DNA from: a virus
Direction: 5' to 3' (one strand)
DNA length: 64,000 bases
Virus record (IMG/VR): IMGVR_UViG_3300030103_004875
The notes below the pieces were generated by a model, which did not search any database, was not told the origin of the DNA, and saw only the letters and a program-made list of their open reading frames with translations. This document shows positions 39,215 through 48,773 of this stretch, in pieces; position 1 is the stretch's first letter; each line of letters starts with the position of its first letter. Made by a program: the position numbers and the translations under genes.

Positions 39215-39929
39215 AAAGACAGAAGAAAATATTACAGAGCCGGTAAAGCCTGTAAAGCCTGTACAGGAAGTTTTTGACCCTCGTGAATGGGCAAGGAAAA
39301 CTTCTGGGGCGTATCGATATGATACAATGGTAGATAATACACATATGACTCATGTAAACAGACCAAAGGTTATTCCAGTGAAAGAATCGTTTGAATGTAA
39401 TTCTCAATATATTAATAATATTGATGGTACTTTCGATGTAAAGGCAACTAAAGATATTAACGGTGGTGGACTTATTGAAGAATGTCACTATTGGATCTTA
39501 GAGTCTAGACTTAATGATTTTATCAAGGGCACAAAGGACAAAATTGGTGTTCGTTTACTATGGACTGTTCCTTGTGATGAAAACACTCACGGCTGTGAAG
39601 AGTTTGGACCTCACATAATCATTCCTCGCGGTAATGCAATGTCATATCGTCCGGCCGAATCCCCGAACGCTTACTTCGAATTTGATGAAGTAACCAGAAC
39701 CATTCGTTTCTTTGCCCTCCGACCTATTGCAGAGGGAGAAAGTATTACAATTCCTGTGCCTTCACCAGAAGCAATTGGACCTTCTGGGATTTCGGCAGAA
39801 GAATTCCAGAATATATCTGGTCTTGTTTTGTCCACTCCCGGTGCTGCTAAACCAGGCGGTTGTGGTAGTTGTGCGAAGAAGGCAGAGGAAAGAAAGCAGT
39901 TCCGTGATAGGAGTAAGGAAACTTCGTGA
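39198..39929 (+). CDS. SET-domain-like protein with degenerate catalytic motifs
   Basis: VKATKDI..GGLIEEC, PNA, FFALRPIAEGESITI match the SET fold; NHS and terminal Tyr are missing. Confidence 0.65.
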   Translation: MTDTVEKTEENITEPVKPVKPVQEVFDPREWARKTSGAYRYDTMVDNTHMTHVNRPKVIPVKESFECNSQYINNIDGTFDVKATKDINGGGLIEECHYWILESRLNDFIKGTKDKIGVRLLWTVPCDENTHGCEEFGPHIIIPRGNAMSYRPAESPNAYFEFDEVTRTIRFFALRPIAEGESITIPVPSPEAIGPSGISAEEFQNISGLVLSTPGAAKPGGCGSCAKKAEERKQFRDRSKETS

Positions 39930-39948
39930 ATTTCTTTGTAAGTAAGTT

Positions 39949-41673
39949 ATGATAAATTTTACAAAACTACGTTTCAAAAATTTTGGTTCATTTGGAAATA
40001 GTTTTACTGAAATAGACTTTACCGAAAAGGGCTTGATTCTGGTAACAGGATTAAATGGTCATGGGAAATCGTTTGCATATCTCGATGCCCTGACCTTTGC
40101 CCTTTTCGGTAAACCTTTTCGTAAAATTAACATGCCTCAGCTTGTTAATAGTATAAATTTAAAGAATTGTTTAGTAGAAGTTTATTTTACGATCGGTAAT
40201 ACTGAATACAAAATTGTTCGGGGATTGTCCCCCAAAGTCTTTGAAATTTTCAAGGACGGGGAAATGTTGGATCAGGATGCGAAGTCTAAAGACTACCAGA
40301 ATATTATAGAAGAACAAATATTAAAAATGAACTACAAGACGTTCACTCAAGTTGTTATTCTTGGTAGGTCTTCATTTATTCCTTTCATGCAGTTATCCCC
40401 AACAGATCGCCGGGTAGTCATTGAAAACATATTGGATATAAATATATTTTCTACGATGAATAGTATTGCAAAAGCAAAACTGTCTATAATTAAGGATTAT
40501 ATAAATGACATTCTCAGTAAAATTGAGGCCGCAAAAGAAAAAATCTCTTTCCAAGAGAAGTACATCCAAAAAATTGAAAGTCAAAGCAAAGAATCCACGA
40601 CTAAACTTGAAGACCAAATTAAAGATAGTTTGATTCTAATTGAGAAATGTTCTAATGAAATAAAATCATTAGAGACAAATCATGTAGCATCAGATGATAT
40701 CAGAAAAAAATCATTAGCAATAAGGTCAGAGATATCAAAGATGTCATCTCTTCGTGATCAAATTGTCAATAATATACAGTCAAATCAAAAAGATATTGAT
40801 TTTTATGAAGACAATGATTCATGTCCGGTTTGTAAACAAAGTATAGAGGAAATGTTCAGGTCTTCTAAACTTGAAACTTCAAACTTGAAGAAGGGTGAGT
40901 TGGAGGATGGCTTGGTTCTTTTGAAGGAGAAACTTTCTGAAAAGGAACTTCTTATAAAGGATATTGAAATACAGTATAAATCTTCTTTAGATATTGAAAA
41001 GAAAATAGCATCCAACAAGAGTCTATTAGAATCATCAGAAGATCAAGTCAAAAAACTTCAGAAACAAATCGATTCATTTGATCCTAATGAAGAAGAACTT
41101 CGTGAAGAAATTAAAACAAAAAATATGTTGGAGGGTCAAATTGAGTCTCTCGATGAACAATTGGAACAGAGAAAAAAAGAACAATTAAATTATAAAATTT
41201 GTGTTTCTCTTCTCAAGGATAGTGGAATTAAATCTAAAATCATAAAGCACTATCTTCCAGTGGTGAATAAAGTCATCAATAAGTTTCTTAAGAGTATGAA
41301 TTTCTTTACCCAATTCGAATTGGACGAAGAATTTAACGAGATAATTAAGAGCCGTTTTCGTGATAAGTTTAGTTACATGAGTTTCAGTGAGGGTGAAAAA
41401 CTTAGAATTGATCTTGCCTTACTGTTTGCTTGGAGAGAAGTAGCAAAACTAAAGAATAGTGCAAACTGCAATCTTCTGATACTTGATGAAATTTTTGATT
41501 CTTCACTGGACTCTATGGGAACGGAAGAACTCATGAAGACTCTTCATGGAGTTGGATTGGATGGTACTGTCTGTATTATTAGTCATAGAATGGATTCGAT
41601 GGTTGATAAATTTACAAAGGCATATCAAGTAAAGAAGATAAAGAATTTCTCTAAGTTGGTTCCGGTTAAGTGA
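39949..41673 (+). CDS. gp46: Recombination ATPase subunit (Rad50/SbcC-like)
   Basis: GLNGHGKS, CPVC zinc hook, FSEGE signature, LDEIFD. Confidence 0.96.
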   Translation: MINFTKLRFKNFGSFGNSFTEIDFTEKGLILVTGLNGHGKSFAYLDALTFALFGKPFRKINMPQLVNSINLKNCLVEVYFTIGNTEYKIVRGLSPKVFEIFKDGEMLDQDAKSKDYQNIIEEQILKMNYKTFTQVVILGRSSFIPFMQLSPTDRRVVIENILDINIFSTMNSIAKAKLSIIKDYINDILSKIEAAKEKISFQEKYIQKIESQSKESTTKLEDQIKDSLILIEKCSNEIKSLETNHVASDDIRKKSLAIRSEISKMSSLRDQIVNNIQSNQKDIDFYEDNDSCPVCKQSIEEMFRSSKLETSNLKKGELEDGLVLLKEKLSEKELLIKDIEIQYKSSLDIEKKIASNKSLLESSEDQVKKLQKQIDSFDPNEEELREEIKTKNMLEGQIESLDEQLEQRKKEQLNYKICVSLLKDSGIKSKIIKHYLPVVNKVINKFLKSMNFFTQFELDEEFNEIIKSRFRDKFSYMSFSEGEKLRIDLALLFAWREVAKLKNSANCNLLILDEIFDSSLDSMGTEELMKTLHGVGLDGTVCIISHRMDSMVDKFTKAYQVKKIKNFSKLVPVK

Positions 41674-42437
41674 GTTTATTTGAAATGACATCAGATGACT
41701 ACCTCTCTCTTATTGGAGATTGGGAAGATCCAAATCCAGAACCCGTCGTAGAGGAGCACGACGGGTTTCTGGTTGTTCGTGATGATCTTCTGGGTGGAGG
41801 CTCCAAGATAAGATTTGCGGATTATTTAATTCGTGCTGATGATAATATAAAGGAGTGGGTATACGGAAGTTCACCTGCAACTGGATATGCTCAAATATCA
41901 TTGGGTCACTTATGTGAGAAATATGATAAGTCGGCAGTTGTTTTTATGGCAGATCGTGCTGTAGAAAAAAGGCATCCATATCAAATTGAAGCCATAAATA
42001 CGGGGGTTGATATGCGATGGGTTCCGAATGGAATGCTATCTGTAACAGAAAAGAGAGCAAGAGATTATGTCCAAGAAGATCCAAAAACTCGTAGACTTTT
42101 GCCTATCGGATTTGATGATGATACTGTTCTATCTAGCATCATTCGTGTGGCTCGCAATCAACCTTTTACTCCAAATGAAGTCTGGACTGTCGGATCATCA
42201 GGAACACTCACGCGGGGACTACAACTCGCGTGGCCAAATGCCTCCTTTCACTGCGTCTGTGTGGGACATAGTGGCGACTATGGACGAGCAAAAACGTATA
42301 GATGCGAAATACCATTCAACAAAGAAACAAAAGTAAAGCCTCCATTTCCATCTGCACCTACATATGATGCAAAGGCTTGGGAATTTATGCTAAATTATGC
42401 ATCTCCAGGCGCACTTTTTTGGAACGTCGGAGCATGA
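41670..42437 (+). CDS. PLP-dependent fold-type II enzyme (ACC deaminase/D-cysteine desulfhydrase-like)
   Basis: VRDDLLGGGSKIR (PLP lysine), VGSSGT phosphate loop, YDAKAW, LFWNVG. Confidence 0.8.
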   Translation: MSLFEMTSDDYLSLIGDWEDPNPEPVVEEHDGFLVVRDDLLGGGSKIRFADYLIRADDNIKEWVYGSSPATGYAQISLGHLCEKYDKSAVVFMADRAVEKRHPYQIEAINTGVDMRWVPNGMLSVTEKRARDYVQEDPKTRRLLPIGFDDDTVLSSIIRVARNQPFTPNEVWTVGSSGTLTRGLQLAWPNASFHCVCVGHSGDYGRAKTYRCEIPFNKETKVKPPFPSAPTYDAKAWEFMLNYASPGALFWNVGA

Positions 42438-42438
42438 T

Positions 42439-44370
42439 ATGGTATTTATTTGCGATCCTACAGATCCTCCTTCAATAGTATCTTCTGAATTTTTAGTGAA
42501 TGGATCAGTGGGAACACCCGACGAAACGGGTGCTGGAGGAGCATTAAATCCTCCTGTATCAGAATCTACCGTTGAAGCCGTTGTAGTGACCTCCGGTGAG
42601 GTTCAGTCTATATCATATGAATATTTTTTAGATGGGGTTTCTGAATATAGTGGAAACCCATATTCTATAGTTGAGGGAGATGGGATTCCGGGAAAGGTAC
42701 TAACCTGTATAGTTACTGCGTCCAATGTTGCAGGTTCGGTTAGTACAACCATTGAAATGGGGGTAGTTTATGGTACTATTCCAGAAATACCAACGGATAT
42801 TACTACCTTTGCTGATATTGCACCCCCTATTGGGGGAATTGTTAATCCCGGTGATCTAGTTGGAGTAGTATATAATTCACTATTAACTTCTTCCGGTGAT
42901 CCAGATGTTAACTCGATTGAAACCATAATTAATGGAAATGTATACACCGGATCCTCAGTTTTACATGTGGTTGGTTCTGATGAATCAGGTTCTAACTGTA
43001 AAATTGTTTTAAATAGTATAAGTGTTAGTAACGAAAATCCCAACATTCCCGGCACAAGTGACGGATTTATCACTAGAACTTTTGATCAGGAACTTGCGGG
43101 TGTTCAGGATCCTGTGGCCGGTAATCCATGTGGTGCTGCTTTGGGTTCCTGTTGTGTAACTGGTGGGTTTGATCCTAATACTGGAATAACCCTTGGATCC
43201 TGTACACAGGAAACAGAAGCAGATTGTTTAGCACTAACACCTCAAGGTAAATGGACTGCCAACACACCGTGTCCGTTATGCGGTGATGGAAATGTGGGAA
43301 CTCCATGTTGTGATGAAATTGGAACTGGTAGGTGCTGTTGCATTCAAACTGATAACACTGGATTGTGTATTCCTGATGTGACTGCCGAAGAGTGTGTTAC
43401 CACGGATCCTAGATTTGCAAATTGTGGATCCACCGACAGTCTTGGTCAGATAACTTGGACGTATGGGGAGGAATGTCCAGAATGTGTTGTGGGGACACCA
43501 AATCCCCCCTGCTGCGCTCCATTAACTGGTAGGTGCTGTGAGGTAGTTTTGGAGAATGAAAATGGGAGACCCGTTGGTGCTTATTGTGAATCTGGTCTAG
43601 AATCATTTGACTGTCCTCAATTTCAGGAAAGTGATCCTACTAATTTCCAATGGACTCCAGATGGAACTTGTGTTGATTGTTCAGATCCAACCTTAAATTC
43701 AGGCCTTCCTTGTTGCGATCCTCTAGGACGCTGTTGTTTAAGAAGTGGCGACTTACGAGATATTACTTACGATATAACTGAGGCAAATTGTGAGCAAAAG
43801 AAGATTGATGAAGGATGGGAAAATAAAGAATGGACCCAAAATAATCCAAATCAATCATCTGCTGATTCCGGTCTTGAACTAGATTGCAGTGATCCAGATA
43901 CCGCTTCGGCAAATCCAAATTGCTGTGCTCCTCTTGGTAGGTGTTGTTGGAAAGTTTCTGATGCTACTGGTCAGTTCTCTGAGGGTAATTGTGTAGAAGC
44001 GATTACTGAATTTGAATGTTTACAGCAAATTCCTACAGCCTCTATTCCGTTTTCTGCGTGGACTCCGGGTGGTAATCTTGCCTGTCCCGGCGATCGCTTT
44101 GGTGCTGGTTGTCCCGGAGACAATGATACCAATGATTATTGCTGTGATACTAGTAAGGGGAGATGTTGTGCAGAAAATGGTGGTGTGAATAGTTGTGAAG
44201 ATAATGTATGGTATGATGATTGTCAACAATCTAACCAGACGTTCGGAAACGGGTTAGTGTGTCCGGACTGTGAAACAGAAAATGATCCGGACTGTTGTAA
44301 TGCAAATGTTGTCATAGGAGATTTTACTTTTGATTCGGATCCTCCAAAAGTTGGAGACACTGACGATTGA
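42439..44370 (+). CDS. Ig-like/Cys-rich repeat protein, 5' part of a frameshifted gene
   Basis: ATG 42439 with GGAG RBS; GKVLTCIVTASN Ig-like strand; GRCC repeats; ends abruptly at VGDTDD*. Confidence 0.7.
   Translation: MVFICDPTDPPSIVSSEFLVNGSVGTPDETGAGGALNPPVSESTVEAVVVTSGEVQSISYEYFLDGVSEYSGNPYSIVEGDGIPGKVLTCIVTASNVAGSVSTTIEMGVVYGTIPEIPTDITTFADIAPPIGGIVNPGDLVGVVYNSLLTSSGDPDVNSIETIINGNVYTGSSVLHVVGSDESGSNCKIVLNSISVSNENPNIPGTSDGFITRTFDQELAGVQDPVAGNPCGAALGSCCVTGGFDPNTGITLGSCTQETEADCLALTPQGKWTANTPCPLCGDGNVGTPCCDEIGTGRCCCIQTDNTGLCIPDVTAEECVTTDPRFANCGSTDSLGQITWTYGEECPECVVGTPNPPCCAPLTGRCCEVVLENENGRPVGAYCESGLESFDCPQFQESDPTNFQWTPDGTCVDCSDPTLNSGLPCCDPLGRCCLRSGDLRDITYDITEANCEQKKIDEGWENKEWTQNNPNQSSADSGLELDCSDPDTASANPNCCAPLGRCCWKVSDATGQFSEGNCVEAITEFECLQQIPTASIPFSAWTPGGNLACPGDRFGAGCPGDNDTNDYCCDTSKGRCCAENGGVNSCEDNVWYDDCQQSNQTFGNGLVCPDCETENDPDCCNANVVIGDFTFDSDPPKVGDTDD
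43711..43947 (+). repeat. Internal duplication, copy 1 (pairs with 45587-45826)
   Basis: Near-identical DNA including a 58-nt identical stretch from 43819. Confidence 0.9.
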
Positions 44371-47300
44371 TGTTGATGTTAACAATAATGCCACCCAGCC
44401 TTTATATAAGTTTGAAGTTGATGGTGAATTACGTCAGGACACTTTATCCAATGAGTATCAGATTCCTTACTTTACGGCCGGCTCTCTTTCCGATGCAGGA
44501 AAAGAACTGAAATGTACGGTTTCTGCTGATGATGCTGACGGAGAGACATCTACCGCTTTCGCTTCGAGGTTTATTGATGGCGAGTCTTTTGGTATGCCGG
44601 ACGATATACCTGCTACAATCATAGTCATTCCGGGTGCGATGTGGGATAACGGCTCCGGTTCATTGAATCCAGGCGATCTTGTTGGACTCTCGATAAGCAA
44701 ACCAGAAGTAGATCCTGAGATTTCTATTGCATGGGAATTTCAACAATTGAATGAAGATGTACTTGCCTCTGGGGCCGGGACGCCGGCGATTTATACAATA
44801 CCCAACGAGGCTATAGACGGGTGTGAATTGTGGGTTAATTTGACATTTAGTAATTTTACCGAGAATGCTCCTTCTACCGTAACACTATCTAAACGCTACA
44901 AGATAGGTGATGTATTCAATCCGACTCCTAATGAAAACTGTGGTACGGTTAGAGGTGCTTGCTGTAGACCTGATCCTGATAACGACATTCCAGCAGAGGG
45001 AATCGTAGGAAATAAATGTGACCAGCAAACTCCTTTGGAATGTGCAAATCTCGGAGGATATTATCAAGGGGATGCTTCATCGTGTCCTACTTCGTGCGGA
45101 GATAATCCTGATGGGTGTGATCCAAATAATCCAACTTTCGAAACTTGTTGTTGTCCACAGATAAAAACAGGAAAGTGTTGTTGTACAAAAACAAATAACA
45201 TGGGCAATTGTGTAGATGACTTAACTTATGCTGAGTGTAATAGAGTTAATCCTGACTTTGGTATTTGTGCCCAATCCTATGATGAAGTTTCTGCTCCAGA
45301 AGGAAGTCTAACTGGTGAGCCTTTATGGACTCTTGGTGGAGAATGTGATCCCGGTTGTTTCTCTGCCGTGGATCCAGTTACAGGAGAAATTGAGGATAGA
45401 TGTTGTGATGTGCAGACTGGTCGTTGTTGTTATATTGATTCTGCTGGAGATCGAGTATGTGAAATTAACTTCACCTTGGAGGATTGTATTGCTGCCCGTG
45501 ATTCTGGAGCGAGTCCTGAAGTTGGAGAATTTTTAAACGCTGGTACTTGTCCAAATTGTGAAGTCCCAGAGGAAAACGGCGACGACTGTTGTGATCCTTT
45601 AGGACGATGTTGTTTGAGAAGCAGTGGAGATTTAAGAGACATTACTTATGATATAACTGAGGCAGATTGTGAGCAAAGGAGGATTGATGAAGGATATGAA
45701 AATAAAGAATGGACCCAAAATAATCCAAATCAATCATCTGCTGATTCCGGTCTTGTGTTGACTTGTAGTGATCCAGATACCGCTTCGAACAATCCAAATT
45801 GCTGCCCTACTCTTGGTAGATGCTGCTTTAAAACTGCTAATGCTGAAGACAATGAAACTGTAGGTTTCCGTTTGGGTTTCTGTGAAGAGAATGTGACTAG
45901 TGACGATTGTGACACTCTTGCATCCCTTAATGATGCGTTAGAAGGAACTAAAACTTTTACAATTGGAGAATCATGCCCAAATTGTGGAAGTGGGGATAAC
46001 AGTGAGAGTTGCTGCGATGATAAAGAGCCTGCATTTGGTAGGTGTTGCGACAATGGTATTTGTATTCCTAATCAATTCGAAACAGACTGCCCCGATCATC
46101 ATGATGCTTCCTCTCCGACTTGTCCTGACTGCACTGATCCGAATGAAAATCCCGCAGATGATCCATCTGATTGTTGTCCCTTTGGTGTTCCTGTATTATC
46201 AATAGATTCTTTCACTGTCGATGGTAATCTATATGATCCTTCTACAAATCCTATTGGGATTGGATCAGTAGTCACGGTTTCTACAACTGAAAAGAATGTG
46301 AAAAATGTTTCTTATCGTTTTTACCTAACAGATCCACTCTCTGATTTTACATACGATTTTTCTGGTGGAGATACAAAAACACTTACAGTACCAGTGACAA
46401 CTGAGAGTCTCCCCGCAAGCGCCTTGCCTGGATTTGAACTGAATTTTGAAGTTACCGCTGATTCTGAGTTATTGGATGACAAGGATCAACCAGTAGAGTC
46501 GTTATCTGATAATATTAATTTTCACGCTACGAATGATTATATTCACGGAATTCCTCCTGTTTTTCCGGATGACATAAACACTCTTTATCCGGACTTTAAA
46601 TTCTTTCCTTCCGGTCCCGCTATCGATCCACCGATTGTTTTAAATTATGGAGATCTCTTTTTGTATCCGGGTAATTTGAAGGATCCCCTTCCGCAACTAG
46701 GACAACCACGTGCCACTGATAGTTACAAATGGACGGACAAAGACGGTAATATCATATCAGACGACAATTTCTATACAATTTCATCTGATGGAGTGATTGA
46801 AAATTGTGGTATTGGATTGCAAGTAACTCTTAAAAATGATACATCGGGTGGGTATACCATTCCCGGTGGAGCAGAAATTACCAAAATTTATAATATAGGA
46901 TCCATTCAGGGACCGGATGATACATTCTGTGGTACTGCCGTAGGAAGGTGTTGTGTTCAGGGTGGTTTCCTTCCAATAGGAATATTGAGTGACGGTCAGC
47001 CGTGGGGAGTAACGTATAGCGACTGTAGTATACAGGATGAGGAAACCTGTATTACCACTCTCGGTGGAGAATGGAATGATGATATTAATGATTGTAGTGT
47101 TTGTTCATCTGCTCCGGACGATCATAATGACACCGATATGGGTCTTGCTCCTTGCTGTGATGAGATCCCCGGAAAATGTTGTGTGGATGGCGTATGTGAT
47201 GACTTTGTTCTTTTCGCTAATTGCACGGGAACTTGGACGAGTTATTATGACGATGCGAATGTTTGTGATGATGCTTGTCCTAATGCCGGACCAGTCTGTG

Positions 47301-48733
47301 GGTGTGTGGAGACAGGTGCTTGTTGTTGTGGTCCTACCGATTTAAATGGCTCGTGTCATAATGATATCGCTCCGGAAGATTGTGCTCCGGGGCCCGGTTC
47401 CCCGTGTTCCCCTCAATCATTTCCACAGTTCCAAGGAATTGGTACATCATGTCCGAGCCAGAATCAGTGCGATAACGGTAGTGTTCCCTCTGATATAAAC
47501 GAAGCAAAATGTTGTCCTGCACCACCAGAACCAAAAGATTCGTACTGTGGTAGATCTAACTCAGGATTTGGTTCCGCTAGTTGTTGGGATATAGCATCAA
47601 ATCCTTTAAGTAATCCACGGATGTGCAATGGTGTCAGTAAACTTAATGGGGGAGCATTGGACTATACAAGTCCATGTGATTATAGAGAAATACGTACAGA
47701 TGCTTCGGGATTCGTCGTAGATGAACCTGAGTACTGTGATGTTAATTGTATATGTTCATGTTTCAAAGAAAACGATAATCCGGGTTGTGGAGGAGATTTG
47801 CATAGTTTCGGAACATCAACTAATCATCCTCAAGGTGAATCTCTTAATCTGGCTGCTCTATGTGAACAGGCAGTTTGTAATGTGAGGCCCTCGTGTTGTG
47901 TAGAGCAGCCGGAATGTCCCCTTGGTCAAGACTGTACTCCTCGATGGGACTCCCAATGCGTTTCTATTGCCGAGAGTCTTTGCACAATTAGTAATTTGGT
48001 TGGTTCTATCTCCTCGGATGCCGCCGAGGAAATGTCCACTGTTCTCCGAAAGGAATATCCCTCTTGTCCGCAAATTGGCCAGGCGACTCCGTGTATAGAC
48101 GAGACTAATGAGAACTGGTTAGATTGGTCTAGTTGTAAAAGTAAATTAGGTGTCCCGGAAGGTAGCGGTGAGTTATGTGGTGAAATTGAGTGTCCTTTAG
48201 GTAAAGTTTGCAGTGAAATAACCGAGCAGTGTGTCAATTGGAGTTGTCCTAATGTCCCATGTAAAGATCTATTCCCGAGTGTTTGTGAGTCGGGTTTCTA
48301 TGATCAGGGCGATTTATTCGGTGGTGAAGGATATAGATGGATAACATCAAGCACAGATGGGTGTGCTTTTGATAATTATCCATACGATATCTACACCGGA
48401 GGAGCGTACATCCAACTAGGGCCCGGTTCAGAAACATTTTGGAATGATTTCAATACGAGTGCGTTAAGGATTGCATTTGGTTCCCCGGAGGATGCAGAAA
48501 ATTTCAAAAATAATGGTGGAAAGGTTACACTAGATATTAATGGTATAACGAAAGATTTCTTTGCGGCAAGTGCCACACAGTTGACAGGAGGATCTAGTTT
48601 TATTGTTATATGGAAGTATTTGGCCAGCGCCGATCCAGATGTAAAGACAAGTAGTGCATTCAAAGCCGACGATCTACATGCCATATTAGAAGATATGTCT
48701 GTTGGACGGACAATACGAATAACCATTACCTAA
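44360..48733 (+). CDS. Ig-like/Cys-rich repeat protein, 3' part of a frameshifted gene
   Basis: Continues in the +1 frame (LTIDVDV...); the track's TTG start at 44330 is doubtful; repeats the Ig-Ig-Cys architecture. Confidence 0.7.
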   Translation: MTIDVDVNNNATQPLYKFEVDGELRQDTLSNEYQIPYFTAGSLSDAGKELKCTVSADDADGETSTAFASRFIDGESFGMPDDIPATIIVIPGAMWDNGSGSLNPGDLVGLSISKPEVDPEISIAWEFQQLNEDVLASGAGTPAIYTIPNEAIDGCELWVNLTFSNFTENAPSTVTLSKRYKIGDVFNPTPNENCGTVRGACCRPDPDNDIPAEGIVGNKCDQQTPLECANLGGYYQGDASSCPTSCGDNPDGCDPNNPTFETCCCPQIKTGKCCCTKTNNMGNCVDDLTYAECNRVNPDFGICAQSYDEVSAPEGSLTGEPLWTLGGECDPGCFSAVDPVTGEIEDRCCDVQTGRCCYIDSAGDRVCEINFTLEDCIAARDSGASPEVGEFLNAGTCPNCEVPEENGDDCCDPLGRCCLRSSGDLRDITYDITEADCEQRRIDEGYENKEWTQNNPNQSSADSGLVLTCSDPDTASNNPNCCPTLGRCCFKTANAEDNETVGFRLGFCEENVTSDDCDTLASLNDALEGTKTFTIGESCPNCGSGDNSESCCDDKEPAFGRCCDNGICIPNQFETDCPDHHDASSPTCPDCTDPNENPADDPSDCCPFGVPVLSIDSFTVDGNLYDPSTNPIGIGSVVTVSTTEKNVKNVSYRFYLTDPLSDFTYDFSGGDTKTLTVPVTTESLPASALPGFELNFEVTADSELLDDKDQPVESLSDNINFHATNDYIHGIPPVFPDDINTLYPDFKFFPSGPAIDPPIVLNYGDLFLYPGNLKDPLPQLGQPRATDSYKWTDKDGNIISDDNFYTISSDGVIENCGIGLQVTLKNDTSGGYTIPGGAEITKIYNIGSIQGPDDTFCGTAVGRCCVQGGFLPIGILSDGQPWGVTYSDCSIQDEETCITTLGGEWNDDINDCSVCSSAPDDHNDTDMGLAPCCDEIPGKCCVDGVCDDFVLFANCTGTWTSYYDDANVCDDACPNAGPVCGCVETGACCCGPTDLNGSCHNDIAPEDCAPGPGSPCSPQSFPQFQGIGTSCPSQNQCDNGSVPSDINEAKCCPAPPEPKDSYCGRSNSGFGSASCWDIASNPLSNPRMCNGVSKLNGGALDYTSPCDYREIRTDASGFVVDEPEYCDVNCICSCFKENDNPGCGGDLHSFGTSTNHPQGESLNLAALCEQAVCNVRPSCCVEQPECPLGQDCTPRWDSQCVSIAESLCTISNLVGSISSDAAEEMSTVLRKEYPSCPQIGQATPCIDETNENWLDWSSCKSKLGVPEGSGELCGEIECPLGKVCSEITEQCVNWSCPNVPCKDLFPSVCESGFYDQGDLFGGEGYRWITSSTDGCAFDNYPYDIYTGGAYIQLGPGSETFWNDFNTSALRIAFGSPEDAENFKNNGGKVTLDINGITKDFFAASATQLTGGSSFIVIWKYLASADPDVKTSSAFKADDLHAILEDMSVGRTIRITIT
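45587..45826 (+). repeat. Internal duplication, copy 2
   Basis: CCDPLGRCCLRS..NKEWTQNNPNQSSADSGL..CSDPDTAS.NPNCC occurs in both copies. Confidence 0.9.
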
Positions 48734-48739
48734 TTCTTC

Positions 48740-48767
48740 TTGACATATTTTTTATGTGTGATATAAT
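48740..48767 (+). promoter_or_regulatory. Strong sigma70-type early promoter (TTGACA-N16-TATAAT, extended TGn)
   Basis: Perfect hexamers; -10 ends 6 nt before the ATG at 48774. Confidence 0.85.
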
Positions 48768-48773
48768 TACCGC

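Noticed and set aside
39236-39265. 9-bp tandem repeat (encoding EPVKPVKPV)
   Set aside because: Short in-frame low-complexity linker; not a CRISPR or regulatory array
42397-42438. Track start positions 42397, 12036, 35241, 50345, 52397, 54326, 60330 and 61887
   Set aside because: Downstream ATGs with an RBS or stop-start coupling are more plausible
43711-45826. The repeat pair as a DGR TR/VR
   Set aside because: Mismatches are not adenine-specific, many are synonymous, there is a codon indel, and both copies are mid-gene
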